DNA of 61,969 nt, the filler included, from Rhabdomonas costata (taxonomy: Eukaryota): NCBI GenBank assembly GCA_019059605.1. It is 29 parts of 29 records of this genome, joined end to end, with 100 filler letters (N's around TTAATTAATTAA, not from the genome) between each part and the next. Parts side by side here need not be neighbours in the genome. Positions count along the whole stretch, not along the records: positions 1 to 2,043 come from JAHMHO010006150.1; positions 2,144 to 4,186 come from JAHMHO010006151.1; positions 4,287 to 6,328 come from JAHMHO010006152.1; positions 6,429 to 8,470 come from JAHMHO010006153.1; positions 8,571 to 10,612 come from JAHMHO010006154.1; positions 10,713 to 12,754 come from JAHMHO010006155.1; positions 12,855 to 14,896 come from JAHMHO010006156.1; 22 more parts are not named here. One strand, given 5' to 3'. The translations under genes and the position numbers were made by a program. This document shows, piece after piece, positions 1 to 12,955 of this stretch; the first letter of the stretch is position 1, and each line of letters opens with the position of its first letter. Below the pieces are notes generated by a model, which was given only the letters and a program-made list of their open reading frames with translations, did no database searches and had not been told where the DNA came from.

Positions 1-681
1 GGGGTTGGGGAGTCTAGCCATTTAGCGGAAAGAATACGCTTTGCTTGATGCAGGCGTTCAGTTTTAGAGGGAAACAAAAGCAAACCCTTCAAAGCAGTAA
101 TGTGCATACAAGATATAATTGTTCAACCTTCAGGCAGCGAAATAAACAGTTCAGGCATCTCCTCATCAGCGAGTTTCACCCTTCCGGCTCGTTGAGCCCG
201 CCTGTCTCCCGCAGGTGTCCATTGCAGGTTTCCCATGCACATGGTGTGCGTCACTTAAAAGAAAAGGATGAAAAAAGAAGTAGAAAAAGAAGCAGCGTCT
301 TCCCGGGGCTGTCGTCGTCGGTGGGCCCATTCCGGGCACAATTGGAGAAAACTCGGACTAGGGCGCGGGCGCCGTTGCGGCACTATAGCTACTGCAGCAA
401 ACCATTCTGTCAGAGGACAAAGAGTACAGACACCAAGGACCACTACGCACCAACCAACAAACCCTACGCACACTACCAACCCAGCAACCACTGCGAGACT
501 GACCAACATTACTGGTATGGTTATGGGCACAGCAACCACAGTAAGAATCTACATAACCCCTTCATATTCTACCCGTATTGGAAACTGGGTACCGTGAAAA
601 CGGCATCCCTCCTCCTAATTTCCGACCAACTAATATTTCACTTCTATGCGAGAACCACACGCACGGCAAGCAGGCACGCAC

Positions 682-2043
682 AGGTTGGGGTGCCGGAGCT
701 TCTTCATGATGGCCACCTCGCGCATCAGAAGGTCCTTGTTGCCCCCGCTGGCGCTCTTCAGGAGGCTGCGGTTGATCACCTTGATCGCGAACAGCCGCTC
801 GGTGTCGTTGTGCACCACCAGCTTCACCTTGCCATAGCGCCCACGCCCCAGTCCACGCAGGATGGAGTATTGGTTGATCGTCTTGTTGCCGTCCGTGTCG
901 GAGCCCAGCACTACACTCCCCGTGTGCCGCACCCCGTCTTCCACCTGCACGAGTGCACATGGGTGATTATAACTAATTTTCACTTTGTTTGAACCCCCTG
1001 GATCAAACATCTGAAAAAAATCCAAAGAATCTGAGCAATGTTACAAAATCAAATACACATAAATTCTCAACTTTCATACATCTCGTCCACAGAATGGCAT
1101 GCACTCATAAACCTTCGCCGGCATGCGCGCCCATTCACACACACACACACACTACGTGTACAAGGCATGGCGTTGGTGGAGGTCTTTTCTGCCTACAGCG
1201 GACTTTCAAAATCTTTCCCGCTGCCTGGCCACTTCTCGGGGGTGCGAATCACCCCTCTCCCCTTCTAGGGGGCGCCAACCCTCTGCACCCTGTCTGCATT
1301 TGCTGCTCGGTGGCCTCTCTTCAACTCATCAATTTCTGCCTGGGATCCTCAGGTCGTCTTCTTTTGACCACGGCGAGCCCCAGTCGTGGCGCTGTCCCTG
1401 GCGCTCTTCACCAGGGCACGGGACTTCCGGATTTCACACTGATACACACACACGCGGCAGAAAGTGACTCCGAGACAAACCTCGACGCCTTCGCTACATC
1501 TGTGCGATATTGGGAAGTGAGAAGGGGGAGAAGTAGATACCACGTCTCCCGAAATCGGCGAGGAGAAGGACTGCTCAAACGACTCCTGCCCCATCGACAC
1601 CCCCGCATCGGGGATGCCGCTCAGCATCGCGTGAGCCGAGCAAGACTCCTTCTCGCACACCCCGAGAAGGTCGTTGATGTCCAGGAACCCCGACGAGGAG
1701 CTGGTGCACTCGGGGATGACCCCGGATCCCGTCCTGGGGCCAGTTCCCCACGCAGCACTCACCGTAGAGAACACCGCGCCCCCAATCGAGATGTTCTGCC
1801 CGGGAGGCGAAGCCAGCCCTGCAGTGTTGCCCACGTCAGAGGAGGCGTTCACGAGGAGCTGGGGCACAACGTCCTCTGTTGCAGTGGCGTGCTCGGAGGA
1901 AGAAGAAGAAGAAGACGAAGAGGAGGAGGACGAAGAGGTAGCAGCGAAGCTGAAGAGGCCCCCCCGCTGGGCCGCCGCGTCCGCTTTGCTCGCGGAAAGG
2001 GGAACCCCTTTAGGGCTGTGGCTGTCGGAACGGCCAAAAACCC
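682..2043 (-). CDS. CaMKK-like Ser/Thr kinase, N-terminal fragment (2 exons)
   Basis: Exon 944-682 (gtgcag|...|gtgcgt) encodes NKTINQYSILRGLGRGRYGKVKL..FAIKVINR..REVAIMKKLRHPNL (kinase subdomains I-IV; INQY and HPN are typical of CaMKK). An upstream Ser-rich exon at ~2043-1541 joins it in phase 0. Confidence 0.85.
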
Positions 2044-2143
2044 NNNNNNNNNNNNNNNNNNNNNNNNNNNNNNNNNNNNNNNNNNNNTTAATTAATTAAN
2101 NNNNNNNNNNNNNNNNNNNNNNNNNNNNNNNNNNNNNNNNNNN
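2044..2143. other. Artificial contig-joining spacer (first of 28)
   Basis: 44 N + TTAATTAATTAA (stops in all six frames) + 44 N. It recurs about every 2.14 kb (4187, 6329, 8471, 10613 ... 59831) between size-sorted contigs. Confidence 0.99.
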
Positions 2144-2383
2144 GTTTGTGTCGCACCAGATGGGAATAAGGTTTTCGTCCCGTGAGGTAATTGCATGTTT
2201 TGGGGCTTGGATGCTTCACTGCGATGAGGTTTGGTTTTTATTGGAAGGACGGGAGACGATCTTGTGCAGCAACGTTCTCGCGCAGAAGCATTCATATTAC
2301 GTCGGTCTTGTGGTTGGGCCCTGAAATTGGGCTTTGCTGGGGAAGTTCCCGTGACGTGCCTAGGGTTTCTTGCGCGACCTCAG

Positions 2384-4178
2384 GTCCTGGATGAGAACAA
2401 GAAGCTCTGCCTGGTGTCTGGGGAGATCATTTCCATGAGCGCGTACATGAACATTGTGTTTGAGGTGGAAGACCTCGCCGTGGCCTCCCCCGCAACAGTC
2501 AGTCGCTGCGGTACAAACCTGCCCCCTCCCCTTCCTTTCCGCTCCAACAGCTTCCAGTCATACACACACACACGCACACACACACACACGACACAAACGC
2601 AAGCCAATAGCAACGGCGGCAACAGCAGTGGAAGCTTCACCAACATTATGCCAAAGCAAGCACAGCAGGGGCGACAGGCAGAGGGAGCAAACCCGAGGTA
2701 GCAGGCTCCGGAGACCCACGGTTACATTGGTGGTGAGCCAGTACCCCGTGACATCACTGCGGCAAAGCTCTGGAGTTGAGCAACGTCTGAAAATTAACGA
2801 GACTTTGGGCCTCACCAGCCGGCCAACTCCAGGCACTTACTTCCGCACACACACACGTGTCTTCCGCACACACGTGCAGAAGACATGGGTTCAACAGAAC
2901 ATCGAGACCTCATCTCCACCTAAACTTGCCCCAGCTACCTACCCAAAACACAAACGCAAGCATCGCACTCTCCGTAAAGATCAGCCGTGAGGGCTCACGT
3001 GGGAACTACAGCCTGCTGGTGGGGCGCAGTAGATCATGGGAAAGTTTATCAAGTCGCTCCTCACGGCTCGCCACGGGAACCGCATCTGGAACACGGGCGC
3101 CGACATGCTTATAGGGATGATTTACTTGGAGCCGGCGTCCTGCGTTCCCACGGAAGCCCTGGTGACCTCCTTCCTGGAGTCCGAGCTGCCGCCATGCTGG
3201 GCCGAGCACCGGGCAAAGCTTCAGAAGCTCTTCGACACCTTCTCCCGCAAGACCCTGGATTTCATGCGGCTCAATCTCACGGAGTACGTTGGCACGGTGA
3301 ACAACAACCTCACCATGTCGCACTTCCGGCTGCTGAAGTCGTTCTTCGGGCCGTTCACCCCGACCCGGACCTACGAGGTGCCCAAGGAGAAGCTCGAGCT
3401 GCTACCCGACATCATCACCCCGCTGTTCCTGTTCACTTTGGTATGTGTGTTGAGGTTTGAAAGAGAGATGGAACCAGCACCAACTAACGCGCCATTTCCA
3501 CTGGAGGATTCGGGACCGCCACCTTTGCACCTGGGAAGAGGTGCCCAGATGCACGACCAGATGGGAAAGTATGGGAAGAGAAATTGGAGGTTTCCGAGGG
3601 AATGGTCGTGATGCCACTTTGCACCGCGTGCGTTTGTGCTGTGTGTGGGCTGTGAAATTGTGTGTTTGAAACAAGGAACCAGCCGTGGAGGCCATTCTAG
3701 AATACTGTTGCGTTGGGCGATCGTCGAAGGCAGGGCACTTGCTGCTCTGCAGAAGGGCAAGGGGTGGCCATCCTCCCGCCCAGAATCCCACCTGAAGAGC
3801 TCCCAAACGAACTTGTGCCTTGTGCAAACAGTGTGTGTCTGTATGTATGCAGCTTCTAGCAAAGGAGAAGCGAGAAATCGCGAATGGCCGGATTGCGCAA
3901 CCACTTGGCCCGCTCTCAACCTCAAGTAACTCTGCTGCATCACACCACTGCGCACTTCGTTCACGACGCTAAGTTTTTGTCGATACGCGAGCACTGACCA
4001 CACACATCAGAACTGTCAAAACAGCCCATCCCGCCATCAGCTTACACTGACTGACATCACCTGAAACCCCAAAATAGGTGTGGAGCTACGGCGCGACGTG
4101 CGATGCGGCGGGGCGGAAAAAGTTCAACACCTTCCTGCGGGAGGAGTGCCGCAGCGCCGGGATCAAGGCGGACTTCCC
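2384..4178 (+). CDS. Axonemal dynein heavy chain fragment (AAA2 region, 3 exons)
   Basis: Exons 2384-2510 ([34 protein letters not shown]), 3115-3440 (GMIYLEP..LFLFTL) and 4078-~4178 ([22 protein letters not shown]). All introns are GT-AG with consistent phase. Confidence 0.96.
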
Positions 4179-5526
4179 AACCAACCNNNNNNNNNNNNNN
4201 NNNNNNNNNNNNNNNNNNNNNNNNNNNNNNTTAATTAATTAANNNNNNNNNNNNNNNNNNNNNNNNNNNNNNNNNNNNNNNNNNNNCTGGCCACCCTCCT
4301 AACCCTAATGGTACAAAAAGACACCACCCATGGCTCAGGGAGCTTTTTTCAGCCAAAATCACTAATCACTGTGAGGGCTGCCGAGTGAGAGTGGCACGTG
4401 CGCTCGACGGTAGAAGCCCGAGAAATGCTTCCACACAGTCACTTTGGGCGCTCTTCCTTCGATCTTTTTAATGCTTTTTTTAACCTTGCGTCGCATCACG
4501 AATTCCAGAATTCCTGCTCTCCAAAAACAAAAAAAACTTGTCCGAATCACCGTTTTTAACAGACCATGGAACCATGACATTATCAAAGAGTTCGTACAAA
4601 AGGAAAAGTAAACATTTACAGCAAAAGCTGTTTTCCTTTTTCATGAAAACCACAAAACCGGGTTTAAAACCCTTTTTCGTTGAGGATGGTCTGTGCTCTC
4701 TTTGGAACCGAGGTCAACGACGTTAGTTTAACCCTCGCAAACAAGCCGCGTGTACCCATGTGCCTCATACGTGCGGCCCACACGCAGCAACAGTCCAAAC
4801 CCTCTCGTTATATACCTTGGCCGGAAAACTCCGGAACTCTCAAACCACGCACGCACCCGTGCCGCCCTCTCAACCTAATGCACACAGAAGAACAAACCCT
4901 GTAAACACTGCCTTCTGCTATTCTGCTGCTTTCTTGCCCCTGGGCAAACGGAAGTTTTCAGACAAAAAAGGGAAAAAAATCACAGTTTTTCCCGCTGGGA
5001 CTTGATTATAACCATGGCTATAACCAACAATAACCAACAAAGTTTACAGGGCAGAAACTCTAAGATAATGATGAAAAAATGAATGATGATGAATAATGAA
5101 AAAAAAAAGCAGGGCAGTTCTGCATAATAGCGTGAGGTGCATCAAGCCACACGTGTAAGCAAAATTTCCCCGACCGACCAGACCGATTTACCCGAATTAC
5201 AGAAGAAAGTTTCTGACCCACTGGAACAGCGTCGTTTCTGCACGCCCACAAGACGAACTCAACTTACACAGCGTAACCCCTCCAAAAGCTTGACGGTCAA
5301 AACTTAACTCCTGACTGCACTAGCTGACCCAAAACAACAGTAACCCAAACCCACAGCAAAGCGGACACTACCAGAGCAAAAGCAGTTTGCTGATCTGGAG
5401 CCCACTTGCAAATGTCAACTCGCACGTCAAAATGAAGTCTGCCTCCGTCCCACGTCCCCTGCTGAGGACTTGTAGGCGTTTTGCAAGGCACGAAATCATC
5501 CCCACCGTCTCCCTTCCGCCGCTCAG

Positions 5527-5685
5527 CGTGCTCGATGCCCGGTAGTCTGCCCACGGGGATCTCGTACACCACCCCTCAGCTCAGCCCCGCGTCCTGTGGG
5601 CTGACCTGCTCTACGGGCTACGGCGGCGCTGTAGTCTCCTCCTGCTCCGGGCCTTCGGGGACGTACTCCCTTTCGGGTTGCTCAG
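5527..5685 (+). CDS. Single exon encoding a Cys-rich sushi/CCP-like extracellular module
   Basis: ctcag|...|gtaac, 159 nt, phase 1-1. Encodes CSMPGSLPTG..SCGLTCSTGYGGAVVSSCSGPSGTYSLSGCS, with GC-rich codon use against AT-richer flanks. Confidence 0.65.
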
Positions 5686-6893
5686 GTAACGGCTCCCCCA
5701 TTGGGGCCCCTTCATTGTATTTCTTTTTATTTCTTTATTTATTTATTTCTTTTTATTTCTTTTTTTTTGCGGGGGGGCGGGCTCCTAAATGTTTGGCACT
5801 ACTAAACGGGCATAATTTTTCTAGCCGTAAATTGGGCAGAAAAATAGTATAACTTACCCCATCTTGCTGGACTAAATGCATTTCGAGGTATTAGGCAGAG
5901 TTTACCTAACCCCCGTGCCCTAAAAAACGCATCGCCAACAAAGTGACGGGTTGGGTCGTTTAACACTGCTGTACGGAGCGTCGCCCACCCCACCGCTCCG
6001 TACAGACGGACTGGCCTCCGCCCCTGAAATGATGCCGCCCCATTTGTCTGTCGTCTGTCAACGTCAAGCTACAACACTCCCCAAAATCCGCCAAATTGCT
6101 TTCTTTCTCCCGTCCCATTATGCCTGACGGCAAGACCTCCTGGGTGACTTGTCCGCACGGGCGCGCCTTTCTGAAACTGAAAAACCACCAGAATGGATGA
6201 ATGGCCTTGAATTGAGCTGGCACACTGTTGTTTTGCAATACCTGCTTCTTTCGTGTCACTCGGGAAATAGCAGACAGAAGAGGAATCCCTTTGGTGACCC
6301 CGGGGGTGGGGGGCTACACCCCCCCACCNNNNNNNNNNNNNNNNNNNNNNNNNNNNNNNNNNNNNNNNNNNNTTAATTAATTAANNNNNNNNNNNNNNNN
6401 NNNNNNNNNNNNNNNNNNNNNNNNNNNNGGGGTTGGGTGTGGTGGGGGTTTGGGGTAAGAATGGGTGAGAATGGGTGAGGGTGGGGTAGCCCCTAATCTT
6501 AGTATCGCACAATACGTAAACCAAGATGACTATGCCACGTGGACACAGTAATGGGATTTCACAAGCACGTAGCAAGTCTGCTGGAGTGCCCTAGGAAGTG
6601 CTGCCATCCTGCCAACTCGGAAATTCAAATCTGATGGCGCCAGCACTCCCAGATCCCTGCCTCCCAGATACTAATACAGTCAGTCCTTTGGTCTGCTCTT
6701 GTTGTCAATAATTGCCTTAGGTTCAACCGGTGAATATGTTGTACTATAAACTCTGCCTCTGTTCCGTCATTCGAAAGGCATTTCGGATATCCTCAGTTTT
6801 GGGCACCTCACCTGCCCCCAGAACAGCGGATCAGCGTGGATCAACGCAAAATGAGGCACCGCACACGAGGAAAAAAGAGAACAGCAATTATAC

Positions 6894-7532
6894 CGTCCGA
6901 GCGAAGGAGAAGATCGAGACCATCGGTCGAACTGAGGCCACGTTACGGAAATCAGTGAGATAGGAGATGCACCGCGAGTCGGAGAGTTCCGTGTATGCGG
7001 TCACGCTGCCATTGCAGTAGCTTGCATTCTCGTTCCAGCCCTCACGCAGGCGTTCCTCAACAGCTTCAGGAGCACCCGAGGTCGCAAGAACAACACCTTC
7101 TGTTCTGGGAGGAGGAGAAAGGTCACTCGCTCCAACAGTAATAGGAGTGCCTACCAAACGAGCATCCCCCGCATCCGCAGCATCCCCTGAAAAATGCGCG
7201 ATGTTCTCCTCGGCTGCTGCAGGTCGGTTGATAGCCGTTCCTCCTGGTGGTGATGATCCTTCTGGTGGCTTCGAGCCATCAAAAGGATCATTACGAATCC
7301 TAGGAGAAGAGATAAAAGTGTGTTCTGCCGATCCGGGCTGGTGTGGTCCATCACCGTGTTGGGGCGCAGGGATAAAATACCGCCATGGGTTAAGTCGGGC
7401 AGTAGAGAGCGCTCCGTTGGAAAACGGGCGAGAAAGGGAATTGCGTCGAAGCCCGTGAAAGGGATAGAGCAGGAGCGGGACCAAGGCCACACACAACAGA
7501 AGCGTCAGCAGCACGACTGTCCGGACCCTCAT
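6894..7532 (-). CDS. Type II membrane protein, first exon; probable FAM20-like secretory-pathway kinase family
   Basis: ATG, then a hydrophobic anchor (VVLLTLLLCVALVPLLLY), a low-complexity stem, and CNG..RCISYLTDFRNVASVRPMVSIFSFART|gt. The family call is from recalled similarity to kinetoplastid FAM20-like proteins; the catalytic part is not seen. Confidence 0.65.
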
Positions 7533-8595
7533 TCACCATGTATGAGTTCTTCAATCGCGCAAGCAATACCAATTAAATTTTTCAGAGGAGAAAACATTTG
7601 AACAAAAGCCAACGCTAAGACAAAAACAGCACAGTACGAAGAAAGTGATACATAAAAAATGAGCTCTGCCCCAATAAATGATGTCATCGTCAGGTTTTAA
7701 CTAAGAACAAATGGGGGGAAGAAGTTGCAGTACACTTCACACAGCTCGATTTCACACTGCACGAGTTGCAGCACCCCTGCACCTGACGCATGGGCATGCC
7801 AGATTACGGCAAGACGGTCGCAACGCAGATTTTGTCCTTCTGCCTGCATTCGAAGGAAACGGAAGGGATGCGGGGATATGCGGAATAACGCCGTAGTGCA
7901 AGATATGTCATTGCAGGCGCCAGAACATTTGGGACACGTGTATAAAATTAGCAGTAAGCCAGGACATAAGCAGTTCTCTCCTTCCCACCCCGCATCATAG
8001 CCACATAATAACCACTTCACCAAGAGTGATTCAATGCCCACCTCAAGATCTGACAAGCCCAGAAGTTCGCTTCAGCACAGCCAGCACAAAAAGCAGTGCG
8101 ACTATATCCATGTCAAGCTGAAAAGCATCCATAACTGTCTGAAAACCCAAAAAGGAGCAATGGTGTTGAAGAAAGAATGTTTACACCTCGGGGAAAAGCC
8201 CCAGAATACAAATACCCATGCTCAGATCAACAGAAAGGACGATACATATAGTTCAAATGCATACTCGAACCTCGAACCGCATGCAAGTTACAATGCCGAA
8301 CACAAAGAAATAGGAAACATCCGTAACCGTGAGAAATAGTGGGGCATCGATCAACGCCTGTCATAAGGAAGTGATCAAGCGAGCAGAGTGAATGGGCGTC
8401 AGCGCACCACACACGTCTGCACAATTCCAATGCATTAGGAAGGGTTGAGACCCTCCCGAGGCCAGTCCAANNNNNNNNNNNNNNNNNNNNNNNNNNNNNN
8501 NNNNNNNNNNNNNNTTAATTAATTAANNNNNNNNNNNNNNNNNNNNNNNNNNNNNNNNNNNNNNNNNNNNGGCGGAGCGGGAAGGGGTGGTGCAG

Positions 8596-10612
8596 GTGAT
8601 GGTTATGCTCTCTGGTGTGGTTGCGGATGTGCAGCTGTGTGAGACGCTGATCCGGCAGAACTCCCACAGGTGCCGTTGCCTGCCTCCCTGCTCCCTGGTC
8701 TGTGGGTCCCGGATACTTTTCGCCAGCTCTTGTGTGCTTCTGCACCTAAGCGTGAATGCGACTGGGTCTTCACAGAGCGCGGATCTTGTGTAAGTTCCCT
8801 GTGCGAATGCCGTTCCTTCTCCCAGGGGTCAAGGGCAGCTTTGGGCTGCCCCGTTCCCATAAATGAAGCAGGTTGCTATCGTACTTATCCACCAGCTCTT
8901 GAGTTCTTGGCATTGGTCGAATAGAAAAGGTTCGTGGGGTCACGAATTCATAATCATCAGGTACTCGTCCGGTGCACTTTTGTGTCCTACTCGGGGTACG
9001 CAGGTGCCGGGTCTTCGTCGCGTACCCTGCGTCCCAGCCCCTGCTGAGGGGGATGGCGGAGTCGCTGGCATCTGCAGGCAACGGCGAGGCTGCCGCGATT
9101 CACCTTCCAGCTCAAGGTGCTTAACCCAATCGAGAAATTCCTCTTTAGGACAAAGGATCCAACAGTCAGGCACAGGATTGTATGACTTTAGCAGCAGAAG
9201 AGACACGCCAAAGCGCAAAAGTCTTTAGGTTCGGTTGTTTCACTCGTCAACACGGTGTTCCCTGTAAAACTTGTGTGGTGGCATTGAGGGCATTGAAGCA
9301 ATGATTGCCTGGAATCGCAAAGGTCAATGCTCCAACTGTGGACTCCAGCTGGAGTCCTGGGTCAAACTTGCTTCGGCGCCCTGCCTGGCAGCTGTCTCGG
9401 TGTGCTGGGAGGGTCCCTTGGCCGAGATGGGCACGGTGGGGCTTCCTTTGTGGCCCCCAATGTGGGTGGGTCAAGCGTACCATATCCCCACCTTCCACGG
9501 GGCTATGCCCCACACTGGGCCGCCGCAGTCCAGCGGCCAGCAGCTGACCCCTTCCTACTGCACTGTGGTGGCCACCGTTGCGGTGAATCGAGTCCGGGAG
9601 TGGTGCGCGTGAGTGCGCGAGTTCAGGGGTAGGGATGCTGGGTGTAAGTGACGGGCCTCCTTGAGCATCATTGGTGAGCACAAGTTTTCTTCTTGCATCG
9701 AGTACACTGCATGCAACCATCACCCCCCCCCCCCATGGTTTCCCATTCTCCACTCTGTCCCCGCAAGCATTTGATTTTCAATTTCAAACATGGTTTGAAA
9801 CGGTAGCCTTGCAATAGCTGAAGGGAGGAGGGACCCACACAGGCGTGACATTCGGATGCGGGTGTTAGGGTGAAAGCCTTCCTCGCAGCCTCCAGCTTGA
9901 CCACTTTTAGCCCTTAACCACGCCGCAAATCCCTGCTCATTGTTTTTGCACAGCACTTCTTTCGTTGACTTCTTTGTGTTTCTGCGCTTATATTTGGGTA
10001 TTCTCTCGAACGATTAGCATTGCTGCCCAATTGTCGGAAGTGTCGCATCTGAGAACGTCCTTTTGGGTATGGAGCAAGCATGGTTTCGTGAGAAACAATA
10101 GTCGGTGGGTCAGTAGTAAAGCGAAAACCAGCCGCTATTCTGATGTTGTTTCTCCTTTCGGGTCTGACAAGATGCTGACAACTTCTCCAACTGAGCTGTA
10201 GCGGCGACTCTTCGCACTCGCTGATCTTTGCACCAAGCGAGTGTTTTGTTGGTGAAGGGCTGCGTTTTGACTTGCGTTCGTTTCTTCGATGTTCGGGTGC
10301 GTGTAGGTTGCGGGCATGTATCCTGTGCTTGTGGCGTGCACACTTCCCAGGAGGGTTGCGGTGTACCCCGAGACCCTCCAGCGTGCCTCGGAGGGGCTCG
10401 GGCTGGCCCGCTTCGCGGCTTCCCAGGTCATCGCCCGCAGCTCCGCCAGCGCTCTCTCGCATCTCCTCTCCACGGCCTACTCCATCTGCTGCGCCACCAC
10501 CACGCTGGTTACTCGAGGCACCGGTGCTCCCAACCCAGCCAGCGTCGGCGCCAAGCCACCCCGCAAGCCGCCCGCGTCCTCAGAGAACCCCCACAGTGAT
10601 GCCACCAACCAC
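8596..10612 (+). CDS. VWA-domain (VWA5A/VIT-like) protein fragment (4 exons)
   Basis: Exons 8596-8669, 9004-9116, 9323-9602 and 10351-end splice GT-AG in phase: VMVMLSG..HRCRVFVAYPASQPLLRGMAESLASAGNGEA..WVKLASAPCLAAVSVCW. The gene model is solid; the domain call is tentative. Confidence 0.6.
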
Positions 10613-10740
10613 NNNNNNNNNNNNNNNNNNNNNNNNNNNNNNNNNNNNNNNNNNNNTTAATTAATTAANNNNNNNNNNNNNNNNNNNNNNNNNNNNNNNN
10701 NNNNNNNNNNNNGGTGTTTGGTTGAATTTCTTTCTGACAG

Positions 10741-12379
10741 GTTCTGGAGAACTTGCGGTACAACATTGGTATGAATTGTGATGATGACCGTGAGGATGAC
10801 TGTGGCCGCACTGAGGTTTGAAAACCAGTTGATCCCGTTGATTCACTTCTTTTTATCGAACCAGAATTAACATTGTGCTGACCTGAGGCTTTTTGTGTGG
10901 GAGAGTTTATCAGTGCTTGTTGTTGTAACGGTTTTCCTTGCCTATGGGGTGATTAATTGGATCAGGGGTCGTGAATTTTTTCACGGGGCCTTAATTTCGT
11001 TGTCAAAGGGTTCGTCATTGTTCTCTCGAGAAAGCCCACTGCTGGATTTGTTCTAAGTGTCCAAAGGAGAAGGAGAAGGCCCGCGACTGAAGTGTTCACA
11101 AGCATTTGCTAAACTTTTCAGCGCTGGTCATGCTCATGCAGGAACTTAGCAACATTTCTGTCATTTAGCCCCCACCCAGGAACATGGCTTTGTCAAGCAC
11201 CAAAAGCTCATCAATGAAGAGAAACGATGAAATCCGTTTCTGGTGATGTTGTTCCAACCCATCCCTCTTCCCTCTCTTCCCTTCCAAAAGTTGTTGTGGT
11301 TCAAGCTCAACCTTTTTTGTGCGTGGCTTCGTGCTAACGGTTGGGTGGCTCTGGCAGGGTGACCCGGTGACAGCCCGAGAAGACATTCGTGGGATAACGA
11401 CGGTTTGCCTTGTGGATTGGGATAAGTTCGCAGTGCAAGAGTGTGGGGAGGAGCACCGAAGCTGCCCAGATGCTGGGAAAGAGGTGCTCCGCAAGCTTCC
11501 TTCTTTCTGCCTTTTTGGTGCTTCCGAGAAATAGTGGGCAAACGACTTGGTTAAGACGCTCACCGCAACTCCAGAGGCAGCTGCGAAACCCTTTCACCCT
11601 CTCAGTGACCTTTTTTTGCAAATTAAACGAAGAAAAAACGCGAGTCCAGGGGTGGGAATAAAGTGCAACCTGTAAAATTTACACCTTTTTTCTTTTGCAT
11701 TTCGACCCCAACGAAAATTTGGCATGAAACGCACTTTTCTGTCTCGCCAAGTTGCATTTTTTCCGAGCCCTGGAGTCCTGGAGTCCCTTCACATATCTGC
11801 GTTAGCACTGTGTTAGGGTAGAAGGTCATTGTCATCTTAAATTGGATAAGTTTGGGTTCTTCGACAGGGCTCAACTTTTTGTCAGCATAACTGAAGCTGG
11901 GCTTCACCACGGCAGGCTTTACCTCGACTGCTCCTGCCCCATCTTGCCTTTGTCCGTACGGATGCTATGATTTCCTTCTTTAGCCCTGCACCGCGGCTGG
12001 GTCCAAAGCCTCCCATCCCCAGCCTTGGTTCCACTGTTCCCAGTGCTTTGGCGCTGATCCCAGCCTGGGCTGCTGCGCGCCGTGTGCGCAGAGCTGCCAC
12101 CGGGGGCACCCCGGGCTGGCATTCGCCGAGCACTCTGGGTTTCGGTGCGACTGCTCGGGCACCTCACAGTGTCAGTGGTATGGGTTTACCACTGGGCAGG
12201 GTGTGTCCGGAAAGCCCCAGCCCGCAGAGGTTCTAATTGGTGCAGAGCTGACGTACAATCTGCTAAGTGTGAAGTCACTGGCTGTGGTGGTGGACCTGCT
12301 GCTAAGCCGGGAGGACCCCGAGGCGGCGTTCTATGAGGTGCTGTCCGACGACCGCGATGGAGTGGAGGAGTTCCTGAGA
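10741..12379 (+). CDS. Lysine methyltransferase, Methyltransf_16 (METTL21/EEF2KMT-like) fragment
   Basis: Exon 10741-10768 VLENLRYNI; exon ~11358-11483 ..TTVCLVDWD..; exon ~12228-12379 VLIGAELTYNLLSVKSLAVVVDLLL..DRDGVEEFLR. These match the family's NL.N, LDW and IxGxDxxY motifs. Confidence 0.8.
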
Positions 12380-12955
12380 GTATGGTTGTGCCACCGCCGT
12401 CCTCGTGAATCTCTGCCCCGCCCGCTTTTTGGCAATACTCAGAATCAACGAAGCAAATCTCATTGCTTTCCATTCGTCCTGATTGTCCGGATCCTTACGA
12501 AGTTTTTAGCTGCTCTTGCCGATCTATCATCATCATTTATTCTTCGGCTCGAGCATCACACGAACGACAACCGATTATTTTTTTGAAATTTATTTGAGCA
12601 GGTAGCGTCAAATCGGCGGCGGTGGGATGGGGTCGGCACACATCTAATCAAAGTAAAAGACTACTTGCGAAGACAGCATGCACAGGAAAGTTTTCGCTTT
12701 TTTTCCCGCTAAAAGCTACTTCATTCACAAAAGAAAAACAAAGAAACAAAAAACNNNNNNNNNNNNNNNNNNNNNNNNNNNNNNNNNNNNNNNNNNNNTT
12801 AATTAATTAANNNNNNNNNNNNNNNNNNNNNNNNNNNNNNNNNNNNNNNNNNNNGTTTGTGTGTTGGATCAAAGAGTATTGTAAGGGAACAGGTGAGAAA
12901 ACATGTGGTCTCTCAGCATTCACGGATTGGGTCATACAGCGGGAGAGCCTCTGTC

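Noticed and set aside
45..992. 315-aa plus-strand ORF
   Set aside because: Antisense to the kinase exon plus low-complexity sequence; no protein-like features.
1674..2043. Plus-strand ORF with poly-Glu/Asp tract
   Set aside because: Antisense shadow of the Ser-rich minus-strand exon that splices in phase to the kinase domain.
4298..4308. CCTAACCCTAA and G/T contig ends as telomeres
   Set aside because: Fewer than two full units, and the contig ends are not periodic TTAGGG.
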